Notes: generated by a model not told the origin, from the sequence alone. A stretch of 64,000 nucleotides of DNA from an uncultured Clostridia bacterium (GCA_944362695.1 CALVTQ010000124.1:34620-98619), one strand, 5' to 3'. Counted from the stretch's first letter, positions 33,877-44,390 are shown. Numbers and translations are program-made.

Positions 33877-35013
33877 ATGGCATTGTTCAGGAAAAAGCAG
33901 ATGGCAAAGGACGAATCCTACTACCTTGCCTCCCAATGGACGCTGATGTGGCGCAAGCTCAAGCGCCATACGCTGGCGAAGATCTCGCTGGCGATCCTGC
34001 TGGTTCTGTATCTGGGTGCGCTGTTTGCGGACTTCATCGCGCCCTATGGCCTTGAGGAGTTCTCCTCGGTCTACAAGGACACCGGGCCGACCAAGGTCTA
34101 TTTCACCGACGAGAACGGCAAGCTCTGCCGTCCCTACGTCTACAAGCTCGAGAAATTCAACAACCGCGAGACGTGGACGGTCGAGATCCGCGAGAACACG
34201 GAGGAGAAGTATTACCTCGACTTCCTTGTCGAGGGACAGGAATACAAGTTCCTCGGCCTGATCCCCAGCAACCTGCACCTCTACGGCCTTGTCAACGAGG
34301 CGGGCGAGGCCGACCGCTCCGCGCGCATCAACATCCTCGGCGCGGACAGCGCGGGCCGCTGCATCTTCTCGCGCGTGCTCTTCGGCTCGCAGATTTCGCT
34401 GACGATCCCGTTTGTCTCGGCGGCGATTTCCTTCGTGCTGGGCATCCTGCTCGGCGGCATCTCCGGCTACTTCGGCGGCTTCCTCGACACGGCGATTCAG
34501 CGCGTGATCGAGGTCATCTCCGCCATCCCGTCGATCCCGCTGTGGCTGGCGCTCTCCGCCGCCATCCCGCCGGACATCCCGGTCTCGACCATGTATCTGT
34601 ACATCACGGTCATCCTCTCGTTCATCGGCTGGACGGGTCTGGCGCGCGTGGTGCGCGGCAAGTTCATCTCACTGCGCAATGAGGACTTCGTCATGGCGGC
34701 CAAGCTCGCGGGCGTGAGCGATTTCAAGATCATCGTCAAGCACATGGTGCCGGGCTTTTTGAGCTACCTGATCGTCAACCTGACGCTGGGCATCCCCGGC
34801 TCGATCCTCGGCGAGACGTCCATGAGCTACCTCGGCCTTGGCATGAAGTCCCCGGCGACGTCGTGGGGCGTGCTGCTCAAGGAGACGGAGGACCTGGTGA
34901 CCGTGGCCCAGTGTCCGTGGAAGATGATCCCGCTGATCTTCGTGATCGTGACCGTGCTGGCGTTCAACTTCCTCGGCGACGGCATGCGCGACGCGGCCGA
35001 CCCCTATAAATAA
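33877..35013 (+). CDS. Opp/Dpp-type ABC permease (OppC/DppC-like)
   Basis: Long N-terminal loop, then ILGADSAGRCIFSRVLFGSQISL and AKLAGVSDFKIIVKHMVP motifs. Confidence 0.88.
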   Translation: MALFRKKQMAKDESYYLASQWTLMWRKLKRHTLAKISLAILLVLYLGALFADFIAPYGLEEFSSVYKDTGPTKVYFTDENGKLCRPYVYKLEKFNNRETWTVEIRENTEEKYYLDFLVEGQEYKFLGLIPSNLHLYGLVNEAGEADRSARINILGADSAGRCIFSRVLFGSQISLTIPFVSAAISFVLGILLGGISGYFGGFLDTAIQRVIEVISAIPSIPLWLALSAAIPPDIPVSTMYLYITVILSFIGWTGLARVVRGKFISLRNEDFVMAAKLAGVSDFKIIVKHMVPGFLSYLIVNLTLGIPGSILGETSMSYLGLGMKSPATSWGVLLKETEDLVTVAQCPWKMIPLIFVIVTVLAFNFLGDGMRDAADPYK

Positions 35014-35034
35014 GAGCGGAAAGGAGCGTATACG

Positions 35035-36060
35035 ATGGATAACGATACGATTATCGAGATCAAAGGTCTGAAGGTCAACATCAAGATCGACGAAGGTACG
35101 CTGACCGCCGTTCGGGGTGTGGATTTTGAGATCCGAAAGGGCGAGACGCTGGGCCTCGTCAGCGAGTCGGGCTGCGGCAAGAGCCTGACGAGCAAGGCCA
35201 TACTGGGCATCAACGACAAAAAATGCAAGGCCGAGGGCGAGATCATGTTCGACGCCGACGGGCTGGGGCGCGTGAATCTGCTCAAGCTCAATCCGATCGG
35301 CAAGGAGATTCGCTCCGTGCGCGGCAAGCAGATTTCCATGATCTTCCAGGAGCCGATGGTCGCGTTTTCGCCGATGTACACCATCGGCAACCAGATCAAC
35401 GAGGCGACGCTTCTGCACATCACCAAGGACAAGGCCAAGGCGAAGGAGATTTCGCTGGAGGTCATGCGCAAGGTCGGCATCGCCAACGCCGAAAAGCGCT
35501 ACGACCAGTACCCGCACGAGTTCTCCGGCGGTATGCTTCAGCGCGCGCTCATCGCGATGGCGCTGGTCTGCAACCCCAAGCTGCTCATCGCCGACGAGCC
35601 GACGACCGCGCTGGACGTGACGATTCAGGCGCAGATCCTCGAGCTGATGAAGTTGCTGCAGAAGGACTTCGGCATGTCGATCCTCTTCATCACGCACGAC
35701 CTTGGCACCGTGGCGCGCATGTGCGATCGGATCGCGGTCATGTATCTGGGCCGCATCGTGGAATCCGGCACGGCGCTTGAGATCTTCAAGAACCCGCAGC
35801 ATCCCTACACGCACGGCCTGATCGGTTCCGTCCACAAGATCGGCACCAAGAAGCAGGAGCGCCTGTATTCCATCGAGGGCACGGTGCCGCTGGCGCTCAA
35901 TCTGCCGGCGGGCTGCGGCTTCTACGAGCGCTGCCGCAGGCGCATCGACGGCGTATGCAATGTCTACGACCCGGAGCTGGTGAGCGTGGGCGGCGAGCAC
36001 AAGGTCGCGTGCTTTGCCTGCACGGGCTGCCCGGGCGCGAAGGAAGGGGGTAAGGGCTGA
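35035..36060 (+). CDS. Opp/Dpp-type ABC ATP-binding protein (OppD-like)
   Basis: Walker A SESGCGKS, signature FSGGMLQR, Walker B LLIADEPTTALD. C-terminal oligopeptide-type extension with Cys cluster. Confidence 0.92.
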   Translation: MDNDTIIEIKGLKVNIKIDEGTLTAVRGVDFEIRKGETLGLVSESGCGKSLTSKAILGINDKKCKAEGEIMFDADGLGRVNLLKLNPIGKEIRSVRGKQISMIFQEPMVAFSPMYTIGNQINEATLLHITKDKAKAKEISLEVMRKVGIANAEKRYDQYPHEFSGGMLQRALIAMALVCNPKLLIADEPTTALDVTIQAQILELMKLLQKDFGMSILFITHDLGTVARMCDRIAVMYLGRIVESGTALEIFKNPQHPYTHGLIGSVHKIGTKKQERLYSIEGTVPLALNLPAGCGFYERCRRRIDGVCNVYDPELVSVGGEHKVACFACTGCPGAKEGGKG

Positions 36061-37064
36061 TGGCCGAGAACAAGCAGATTCTGGATGTGCAGCACATCCA
36101 CATGCAGTTCAACACCTCCGGCGTGTGCGTGCGCGCCGTGACCGACGTGAGCTTCACGGCGAATGAGGGCGAGACGATCGGCATCGTCGGCGAGTCCGGC
36201 TGCGGCAAGACGACGCTGGGCCGCTGCATCGTGCGCGCGTATCAGCCGACCTCCGGCAAGGTGATGTACACCACGCGCGAGGGCGAGACGCTGGATTTTC
36301 TTCAGATCGACAAGGCGACGATGAAGAAATACCGCAAGGAGATCCAGATGATCTTCCAGGACCCGTATTCCTCGCTCGACCCGCGCATGACCGTGCTGGA
36401 CATCATCAAGGAGCCGCTGGCGGCGAACTTCCCGAAGATGCCCAAGGCCGAAATGGAGCGCCGCGTGATGGACATCGCCGCGAAGGTGGGCCTCAACACG
36501 ACGTACCTCAAGCGCTACCCGCACGCGTTCTCCGGCGGACAGCGCCAGCGCATCGGCATCGCCCGCGCGCTCGTCTTAAACCCGCGCATCATCGTCTGCG
36601 ATGAGGCGGTCTCCGCGCTCGACGTGTCGATTCAGGCGCAGGTCATCAACCTGCTGCACGACCTGCAGAAGGAATTTAACCTCACCTATCTGTTCATCAG
36701 CCACGACCTGTCCGTCGTGGAATACATCTCCGACCGCGTGGGCGTCATGTATCTGGGCAAGCTCGTGGAGTATGCTAGGACGGAGGATCTGTTCAGCAGG
36801 CCGATGCACCCCTACACGGAGAGCCTGCTTTCCGCCGTGCCGATTGCCGACCCGACGGTCAAGACCGAGCGCATCCCGCTCGAGGGCGAGATTCCCAATC
36901 CGGCGAACCCGCCCAGCGGCTGCTATTTCCACACGCGCTGCCGCTACTGCCAGCAAAAATGCAAGGAATGTGCGCCGGAATACCGCGAGATCGAGCCGGG
37001 CCATTTCGTGGCCTGCCATTTCGCGGGCGAGCTGGGGCTGAGGGGTATTTCGTATGACGAATAA
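36060..37064 (+). CDS. Opp/Dpp-type ABC ATP-binding protein (OppF-like)
   Basis: Walker A GESGCGKTT, signature FSGGQRQR, Walker B IIVCDEAVSALD. Start overlaps the upstream TGA. Confidence 0.92.
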   Translation: MAENKQILDVQHIHMQFNTSGVCVRAVTDVSFTANEGETIGIVGESGCGKTTLGRCIVRAYQPTSGKVMYTTREGETLDFLQIDKATMKKYRKEIQMIFQDPYSSLDPRMTVLDIIKEPLAANFPKMPKAEMERRVMDIAAKVGLNTTYLKRYPHAFSGGQRQRIGIARALVLNPRIIVCDEAVSALDVSIQAQVINLLHDLQKEFNLTYLFISHDLSVVEYISDRVGVMYLGKLVEYARTEDLFSRPMHPYTESLLSAVPIADPTVKTERIPLEGEIPNPANPPSGCYFHTRCRYCQQKCKECAPEYREIEPGHFVACHFAGELGLRGISYDE

Positions 37065-37590
37065 GAAAAAGCTCATCATCTTCACCGACAGCGGCGACAC
37101 GATCATCGACGAGGCGACGCAGATTCGCGATGAGCGCGGCATCGTCCTGCGCGCGGACTTCATCCCCGGCGCGGGCGAGGTTTTGAAGCAGCTGCACGAC
37201 GAGGGCTACACCATCGCGCTTGTGGCCGACGGCGAATGGGAGTCGTTTCAGAATGTCTACCGCGAGAACGGTCTGGGCCACTGCTTTGACGCGTGGATCG
37301 TCTCGGAGGTCGTGGGCCAGCAGAAGCCCGCGGCTGTCATGTTCGAGGCGGCATATGAGAAGCTCGGACTGACCGAAGCGGACAAAAATCGCATCGTCAT
37401 GATCGGCAACAACCTCAAAAAGGACATCGCGGGCGCGAACCGGCAGGGCATCACGTCGGTGTGGCTTGACTGGTCGCCGCGCTATTTCCACACGATCGAG
37501 GAGCCGGACTGGACGCCGGATTACACGATCAGGACCCCAGCGGAGCTTCCCGCGCTGATCGCCATGTTGGAGGAAAAGATATCGAAATAA
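37054..37590 (+). CDS. HAD-superfamily-like protein with divergent catalytic motifs
   Basis: IIFTDSGDTIIDE (motif I-like but not DxDxT), GQQKP (motif III Lys), MIGNNLKKDIAGA (motif IV with N in place of the first D). Confidence 0.6.
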   Translation: MTNKKKLIIFTDSGDTIIDEATQIRDERGIVLRADFIPGAGEVLKQLHDEGYTIALVADGEWESFQNVYRENGLGHCFDAWIVSEVVGQQKPAAVMFEAAYEKLGLTEADKNRIVMIGNNLKKDIAGANRQGITSVWLDWSPRYFHTIEEPDWTPDYTIRTPAELPALIAMLEEKISK

Positions 37591-37602
37591 GCGAGGTGGC
37601 TT

Positions 37603-38700
37603 ATGGAAAACATCGCGCACAGAGCTGTGATCGAGGATAAGCTCGGAAGGCTGATCGAGGCGTTTTTGCCCATCCTGTATGAGGACGACGAGACCTTTTT
37701 GGCGGGCATGAAGGACCGCAACCTCGCCGGGGACGACATCAGGCGATACGAGCATTGGGAATGGACGCAGGGCGTCGGGCTTTACGGCCTGTTCAAGATG
37801 TTCGCGCGCACGAAGGACAAAACGTATCTCGACATGCTGACGCGGTTTTTCGACGCGCAGCTCGAGATCGGCTTCCCGGCGTATAACGTCAACACGCTCG
37901 CGCCGTATCTGACGATGTCGTTCGTCGGCGAGTATCTGGGCGAGGAGAAGTATCTCGCGCCCTGCCGCGACGCCGCGAAGTGGATCATGGAAAGCGCCCC
38001 GCGCACGCAGGAGGGCGGCATCCAGCACATGACCAGCGATTCGCTCAACCGCGAGGAGCTCTGGGACGACACGCTGTTCATGGCGGTGCTCTTTCTGGCG
38101 AACATGGGCCGAATCACCGGCGAGCAGGCGTACATCCGCGAGGCGGAATATCAGTTCCTGCTGCACGCCAAATATCTGGCCGACGGGAAGACGGGCCTGT
38201 GGTATCACGGCTGGTGCTTCATCGGGCGGCACAACTTCGCCGGGGCGTTCTGGGGACGCGGCAACTGCTGGATCACCATCGCGATTCCGGAGTTTCTGGC
38301 GATGGGCGGCGTGAGCGAGGAGACTGCGGAAAAGCTGCGGGCGATTCTGCTTGCGCAGGTGCGCAGCCTCGTCAAATGCCAGAACGAAAACGGCATGTGG
38401 CATACGCTGCTGGACGATCCCACGTCCTATGTCGAGTCCAGCGCGACCAGCGGCATCGCATACGGCATGCTGCGCGCCATGCACACGGGGCTGATCGGGA
38501 GCGAATACCGAGAGGCCGTGCAAAGGGCGACGGACGCGATTCTGGGGTACATCGACGACGCGGGCGTCGTGCATCAGGTGTCCTATGGCACGCCGATGGG
38601 CCGCGAGAGCAAGGATTTTTACAAGCAGATCGAGATCAAGCCCATGCCCTATGGGCAGGCGCTTGCGATGCTGCTGCTCATCGAGAGCTTAGAAGAATGA
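37603..38700 (+). CDS. GH105/GH88-fold unsaturated glycuronyl hydrolase (YteR/YesR-like), cytoplasmic
   Basis: WEWTQGVGLYGL, LWDDTLFMAVLFLANMG, GLWYHGW, FWGRGNCWITIAIPEFL are typical of the Glyco_hydro_88 fold. No signal peptide. Confidence 0.8.
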   Translation: MENIAHRAVIEDKLGRLIEAFLPILYEDDETFLAGMKDRNLAGDDIRRYEHWEWTQGVGLYGLFKMFARTKDKTYLDMLTRFFDAQLEIGFPAYNVNTLAPYLTMSFVGEYLGEEKYLAPCRDAAKWIMESAPRTQEGGIQHMTSDSLNREELWDDTLFMAVLFLANMGRITGEQAYIREAEYQFLLHAKYLADGKTGLWYHGWCFIGRHNFAGAFWGRGNCWITIAIPEFLAMGGVSEETAEKLRAILLAQVRSLVKCQNENGMWHTLLDDPTSYVESSATSGIAYGMLRAMHTGLIGSEYREAVQRATDAILGYIDDAGVVHQVSYGTPMGRESKDFYKQIEIKPMPYGQALAMLLLIESLEE

Positions 38701-38820
38701 AAATTTCGGGGAAGCGGAGCGCGTCTTTGCTTCCCCAATTCTGCCAAAAGAGGCATGACAGCGGCGGCTTTCGCGGTGTATAATGAAGAAAAACCGCGCA
38801 CGCGATTGGAGAGGCAGACC

Positions 38821-41775
38821 ATGAATATCGGCAGACAGTGGAGCGAACGGCTGCGCATTTGGGCGGAGCAGTTTCCCAAGCATTATTATAAAAAATACGC
38901 GCCGCTCGACGTTGAATACGCGACGGCGTTCGAGCATTTGTCCTATGAACAGGCGCAGGGGCTTGCCTACGCGCCCGCGCCGGTTGGCACGCGCTGGGGC
39001 CGCAAATGGGAATACGGCTGGTTCCGCACGAGCGTCGTGATCCCGCAGGCGCTCGCCGGAAAGCGCGTCGTGTTTACGCTGGCAACCGCGCCGGAGATGC
39101 TCGTCTTCGTGAACGGCAGGGAGGCCGGCTCCATCGACAGGGAGCACCATCACATCACGCTCTCGCGCTGTGCCGAGGCGGGCGCGCGTTACGAGATCGT
39201 GGCCGAGTGCTATGCCGGTCATGGCGTGCGCAACGAGGGCGGCGGGCCTGTGGCGTTCGGCGAGGAGAGCGTCCCCGAGCCGCCGGAATTTCAGGTCACG
39301 GTCGGCGAATCGAGCTTCGGCGAATGGAACGAGGCGGTGTTCCAGGCCGCGATGGACTACCTGACGCTATACAGCCTCGCAAAGAAGCTGCCGGAGCGTA
39401 GCCTGCGCCTGCACAAGATCGTGCGCGGGCTCAAGGAGTTCACCTACATCGCGGACTTCGAGCTGCCCGAGCCGCAGATGACGCAGTCCGTGACCGAGGC
39501 GAGGAAGGCGCTCGCGCCGCTGCTGGCATGCAAAAACGGCTCGACCGCGCCGGAATTTTCCATATTCGGCCAGTCGCACATCGACCTTGCGTGGCTCTGG
39601 CCGGTCGAGGAGACGATGCGCAAGGCCGCGCGCACATACGGCAACCAGCTCGCGCTCATGGAGGAATACCCCGAATACAAATTCCTGCTGTGCGAGCCGC
39701 CGATCATCGAGTGGCTGCGCGAACTCTATCCGGACGTGCTGCGCCGCGTGAAGGAGCGCGCCGCGGCGGGGCAGATCATCCCGGACGGCGCGCTGTGGGT
39801 GGAATTTGACACGAACATCCCCGGCGGCGAGAGCCTGATCCGCCAGATTGCGCGCGGCAAGCGCTGGTTCCGCGAGGAATTCGGCATCGAGAGCCGCGTG
39901 GCGTGGATGCCGGATACGTTCGGCTTCAACGGCGCGCTGCCGCAGATCATGAAAAAATGCGGCGTGCCGTATTTTGTGACGCAGAAGCTCATCCGCCAGG
40001 ACCCGGAGGCGCAGCCCTTCCCGTACAATACGTTCTGGTGGGAGGGCATCGACGGCAGCCGCGTGCTCGCCCATACATACAAGAATTGCAACGCGGATTT
40101 TTCCCCCGGCGACATGATCACGCGCTGGGAGACCGACCGCGTGCAGGACGAGGACATCGACGGGATGATGTATCCCTTCGGCTTTGGCGACGGCGGCGGC
40201 GGCGCGACGCGGCATATGCTGGAAATCGCGCGGCGATGCGCCGATCTCGAGGGCGCACCGAGGTGCCGCTGGGAAGGCCCGGCGGCGTACTTTGAGCGGC
40301 TGGGCGACCCGGAAAACGTGTTCACCGGCGAGCTCTATCTCGCGTGGCATCGCGGCACGCTGACCTCGCAGGCCAAGACAAAGCGCGGCATCCGCAAGGC
40401 CGAGATCGCGCTGCGCCGCGTTGAATTTGCGATGGCGGCCCGCATGGTCTGCGGAAAGGCGGTCGAGCAGGCGTGGAAGGACGAACTGGACGGGCTTTGG
40501 AAGACGCTGCTGTTCAACCAGTTCCACGACATCGCGCCCGGCTCGTCGATTGCCCGCGTGCATGAACGCGCCGAGGCCGAGCTCGCGCACGTCTGTGAGG
40601 CCGCCGAGCGCCTGATTGTGCGCATGATGGGCGAGCCTTCGGGCGATACCATGGCGTATAATCACCTGAGCTGGCCGCGCACCGTGCGGGGCGTGACGAT
40701 TCCGGCGCAGGGCTGCGCGCGTGTGCCGGATCGTGATATAAACGAGGGCGCAACCGCCGCGTATATCGCGGATGAAGGCGTGTACGAGCTGAAAAACGGG
40801 CGGCTCGTCTGCCGGTTCAATGACCGCGGCGAGCTGATCAGCGCGAGGATTCCCGGCGTCGGGCGCGAATACATGAGCGGCTCGGGCAACCGGCTGCTGA
40901 TGTACAAGGATGTCAACGTCGGCTACGACGCATGGGAGATCGGCAGGATGTACGAGAGCATGCCGGTCGCGCTCGACGAGCCGGTGCGCATCGCGATTGA
41001 GCAAACAGAGCGCGGCGGCTGCCTGATCGTGGAGCGGAAGGTTTCGCAGTCCACGCTGCGCCAGCGCATCGAGCTTTGCGGCGGGCGCGTGGACTTTGTC
41101 ACAGAAATCGACTGGCAGGAGAAGCACAAGCTGCTCAAGGCGGCGTTCCCGGTGGGCGTGCATGCGCCGGAGACGATCTGCGAGATCCAGTTCGGCTATG
41201 TCAAGCGGCCCACGCATCGCTCGTATCAGACGGACAAGGACCGCTACGAGGTCAGCAGCCAGCGCTACACGGCGCTTGCGGACGGCGCGGGCGGCGCGGC
41301 TGTCTTAAACGACAGCAAATACGGCGTCAGCGTCGCGGGCGACGAGATCCGCCTCACGCTGCTGCGCGCACCCATGATGCCCGACATGAACGCCGACAGG
41401 GGCGTGCAGAATTTCACGTATTCGCTGTACCCGTTCGCCGGACAATTCGAGCAGAGCGGCGTGCTGCGCGAGGCGGTCGAGCTCAATGAGCCGCCCGTCT
41501 TCGCGGGCGAGGCGTTGGCGCTCTCGGGCATCCTCGTGCCGGACAAGGAGAACATCGTCGTCGAGACGGTCAAGCCCGCCGACACGGCGCAAAACGCGCT
41601 GCTCGTGCGCGCATACGAGGCGATGGGCATGCCCACGCGCACGCATTTCACGGCGGCGGATGCGATCACGCGCGCCGTCGAGACCGACATGCTCGAGGAA
41701 AACGGAAAACCCGTCGATCTGTCGGCGGTCGATTTCGGCCCGTTTGAGATCAGGACATTTCTGCTGTTTCTATAA
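38821..41775 (+). CDS. GH38 alpha-mannosidase, cytoplasmic
   Basis: FGQSHIDLAWLWPVEET, WMPDTFGF, GFGDGGGG, WHRGTLTSQ. ~985 aa. ATG 38821. The upstream part of the listed ORF is non-coding. Confidence 0.9.
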   Translation: MNIGRQWSERLRIWAEQFPKHYYKKYAPLDVEYATAFEHLSYEQAQGLAYAPAPVGTRWGRKWEYGWFRTSVVIPQALAGKRVVFTLATAPEMLVFVNGREAGSIDREHHHITLSRCAEAGARYEIVAECYAGHGVRNEGGGPVAFGEESVPEPPEFQVTVGESSFGEWNEAVFQAAMDYLTLYSLAKKLPERSLRLHKIVRGLKEFTYIADFELPEPQMTQSVTEARKALAPLLACKNGSTAPEFSIFGQSHIDLAWLWPVEETMRKAARTYGNQLALMEEYPEYKFLLCEPPIIEWLRELYPDVLRRVKERAAAGQIIPDGALWVEFDTNIPGGESLIRQIARGKRWFREEFGIESRVAWMPDTFGFNGALPQIMKKCGVPYFVTQKLIRQDPEAQPFPYNTFWWEGIDGSRVLAHTYKNCNADFSPGDMITRWETDRVQDEDIDGMMYPFGFGDGGGGATRHMLEIARRCADLEGAPRCRWEGPAAYFERLGDPENVFTGELYLAWHRGTLTSQAKTKRGIRKAEIALRRVEFAMAARMVCGKAVEQAWKDELDGLWKTLLFNQFHDIAPGSSIARVHERAEAELAHVCEAAERLIVRMMGEPSGDTMAYNHLSWPRTVRGVTIPAQGCARVPDRDINEGATAAYIADEGVYELKNGRLVCRFNDRGELISARIPGVGREYMSGSGNRLLMYKDVNVGYDAWEIGRMYESMPVALDEPVRIAIEQTERGGCLIVERKVSQSTLRQRIELCGGRVDFVTEIDWQEKHKLLKAAFPVGVHAPETICEIQFGYVKRPTHRSYQTDKDRYEVSSQRYTALADGAGGAAVLNDSKYGVSVAGDEIRLTLLRAPMMPDMNADRGVQNFTYSLYPFAGQFEQSGVLREAVELNEPPVFAGEALALSGILVPDKENIVVETVKPADTAQNALLVRAYEAMGMPTRTHFTAADAITRAVETDMLEENGKPVDLSAVDFGPFEIRTFLLFL

Positions 41776-41784
41776 CCAAAGGCG

Positions 41785-42750
41785 GTGAAGGAATTGCGCA
41801 TAGGCATCGACTTGGGCGGCACGAACATCGCCGCCGGGCTGGTGGATGACAGACTGCACGTCGTGGACAGGATGAGCGTGAAGACGAACGCCCCGCGCCC
41901 GATGGAGGGAATCATCGCGGATATGGTGCGCATGACGCGGGAGCTCTGCGCGCGAAACGGTTTGAGCGCGAGCGAGCTTGACGGCGTGGGCGTGGGCGTG
42001 CCGTGCACGGCGAATCAGCAAAATGGCTGCATGGAGGACGCCAACAACCTCGGCATTGACGACGCGCCGCTCATCGGCCCGCTGAGCGAGCAATTGGGCG
42101 TGCCGGTGCATTTTGACAACGACGCGAACGCGGCGGCGTGGGGAGAATACGTCACCGGCGGCTACGCGGAAGATTCGTTCCTGATGATGACCATCGGCAC
42201 GGGCATCGGCGGCGGCATCATCCTCGACGGCAAAATCTGGGCCGGCATCAACGGCGCGGCGGGGGAGTTCGGCCACATGACGCTGCGCATGGGCGGCGAG
42301 CCGTGCAGCTGCGGGCGGCGCGGGTGCTTCGAGGCGATGGCGTCGGCAAACGCGCTGATCGCGCAGGCGAGGGACGCGATGAAAGACAGCCCCGACAGCG
42401 CGCTGTGGACGCTCTGCGGCGGGGACATCGCAAATGTTGAGGCGAAAACCGTGTTCGACGCGGCGGCTGCGGGGGATCAGACGGCGGGCGCGCTGATCGA
42501 CGCGTACACCACGATCCTCGCCGAGGGCGCCGCGAACCTCATCAACATCTTTGCGCCCGCCGTGCTGTGCGTCGGCGGCGGCGTGAGCCGGGCGGGCGAG
42601 GCGCTGATGAAGCCCTTGCGCGAGAAGACCGCGCGGCTGATTTGCAGCAAGAACGCCAAGCGCAGCACGGTCATCACGGCGGCAAAACTCGACAACGACG
42701 CGGGGATCGTCGGCGCGGCCCTGCTGGGAATGGGGAGGCAAACCACATGA
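41785..42750 (+). CDS. ROK-family sugar kinase (glucokinase/mannokinase/GlcNAc kinase type)
   Basis: GTG start. IGIDLGGTNIAAGLV, GTGIGGGIIL, GEFGHMTL...CSCGRRGCFE zinc motif. Confidence 0.9.
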   Translation: MKELRIGIDLGGTNIAAGLVDDRLHVVDRMSVKTNAPRPMEGIIADMVRMTRELCARNGLSASELDGVGVGVPCTANQQNGCMEDANNLGIDDAPLIGPLSEQLGVPVHFDNDANAAAWGEYVTGGYAEDSFLMMTIGTGIGGGIILDGKIWAGINGAAGEFGHMTLRMGGEPCSCGRRGCFEAMASANALIAQARDAMKDSPDSALWTLCGGDIANVEAKTVFDAAAAGDQTAGALIDAYTTILAEGAANLINIFAPAVLCVGGGVSRAGEALMKPLREKTARLICSKNAKRSTVITAAKLDNDAGIVGAALLGMGRQTT

Positions 42751-44390
42751 GAGCGCATTATGAGCAGATGATTCGCGACACCGAGACCCGCGCGCGGCGG
42801 CATCTGGCGGCGCAGAATTGGGACAAGAACAGCCCGTACTACGGCGCGTTCGTCATGGACGACGGCGTCTACATGCAGAAGCACGCGCTGTACTGCATCG
42901 CGGACATCGGCGCGGTGTATCTGTGCGCGGACTCGGCGATGTATCATGACGAAGCGCTGCTTGATTCGATGCTCGCGGGGCTTGACTACGTGCGCTCCAC
43001 GCAGCACGAAAACGGCCTGTTTGACTACATCACATGCAACTTCTTCTCCGCGCCCGATACGGCGTTCTGCACAGGCATCGTCGTGCATCTGGCCAAGTAT
43101 CTAAAGAAAAAAGGCGCGCTTACGGACGGCGAGGCGCAGCTGCTCGGCAAGCTCGACCCCATCATCCACGACGGCGGGCGCGGGCTGCTTGAGGGCGGCT
43201 TCCACACGCCGAACCACCGCTGGGCCATCGCCGCGATGCTTGCCACGTGCGGCAGGATGTACGGCGAGGACGACCTCATCGACGCGGCGCAGGCGTACCT
43301 TCGCGAGGGCATCGACTGCAACGCGGACGGCGAATACAGCGAGAAGTCGGCGGGCAACTACAACAATGTCAACAATCAGGCGATGCTCTTCCTCGCCGAG
43401 GCGCTGGGCGACGATTCCTTTGAGCAGCACATCATCCGCAACCTGCGCATGATGCTCACGTATCTGGAGCCCGACGACAGCATCTTCACCGGCAACTCGA
43501 CGCGCTTTGACAGGGACAGGCTCGTCTATCCCGACGGGTATTACTGGTATTACGTGTACCTCGGCGCGAAGTACGGCATCTCGGAATTTGCGGCGATGGC
43601 CAATTACATCGTCAAGGTCATGAACGAAAAGCGCCTGCTCTCGCCGAATTTTTTGATCCGCTACATGCTGCATCCCGAGCTGATCGACTTTGAATCGGAC
43701 GCATGCGGCATGCCGGATACGTACCGCGCGCATTACGAGGACAGCGGCATCGCGCGCGTGCGCCGGGACGGTTACACATACACCGTGATGTGCGGCAAGT
43801 CGGACTTTTTGTCCGTGCACAACGGCGGCATCAAGCTCGCGGTCAAGCTCGGCGGCAGCTTCTGCGAGCACCGCGCGTTCAAGGCGGAGACGATGCGCAT
43901 GGACGAGGACGGCGCGTTTCACCTGCATCAGACGATGCGCGGGTGGTATTATCTGCCCTTCCCCGAAAAGCCGCCGACGAGCGACTGGTGGAAGATGGAC
44001 AATGCGTCGCGCCCGAAGAAGCTCGGGCCGAACATGGACATCGACGTGGTCATCCGCGAGACGGAGGACGGCATCGACGTGGATATCGCGACGTCGGGCG
44101 TGGAGGGCGCGCCGTGGCGCGTGGAGCTGGCGTTCAGCGGCATCGACCGCATCAGCAACGAGCACATGACCATGCCCGTGCACGGCGACGAGGTGCTCGT
44201 GCTGCGCGACAGCGACTTCACCGTCTCAAGCGGCGGCGTATGCAGAATGACGGTCGGGCCGTGCTTCGGCGCGCACCACTTCACGGAGGGCAAGGAGGAC
44301 AGCGAGGCCAGGACGCCCGGCGCGGCGACGGTCTATCTGACCGATTACACGGCGTTCCGTCACGTGATTGCCATCAGGCCGCGCGCGTGA
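42747..44390 (+). CDS. Hypothetical 547-aa cytoplasmic protein; N-terminal alpha/alpha-toroid-like half plus beta-rich C-terminal half (heparinase II/III-like architecture suspected)
   Basis: ATG overlaps the ROK stop (ATGA). GGFHTPNHRWAIAAMLATCG and EYSEKSAGNYNNVNNQAM recall toroid lyase/hydrolase active-site helices. No signal peptide. Confidence 0.7.
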   Translation: MRAHYEQMIRDTETRARRHLAAQNWDKNSPYYGAFVMDDGVYMQKHALYCIADIGAVYLCADSAMYHDEALLDSMLAGLDYVRSTQHENGLFDYITCNFFSAPDTAFCTGIVVHLAKYLKKKGALTDGEAQLLGKLDPIIHDGGRGLLEGGFHTPNHRWAIAAMLATCGRMYGEDDLIDAAQAYLREGIDCNADGEYSEKSAGNYNNVNNQAMLFLAEALGDDSFEQHIIRNLRMMLTYLEPDDSIFTGNSTRFDRDRLVYPDGYYWYYVYLGAKYGISEFAAMANYIVKVMNEKRLLSPNFLIRYMLHPELIDFESDACGMPDTYRAHYEDSGIARVRRDGYTYTVMCGKSDFLSVHNGGIKLAVKLGGSFCEHRAFKAETMRMDEDGAFHLHQTMRGWYYLPFPEKPPTSDWWKMDNASRPKKLGPNMDIDVVIRETEDGIDVDIATSGVEGAPWRVELAFSGIDRISNEHMTMPVHGDEVLVLRDSDFTVSSGGVCRMTVGPCFGAHHFTEGKEDSEARTPGAATVYLTDYTAFRHVIAIRPRA

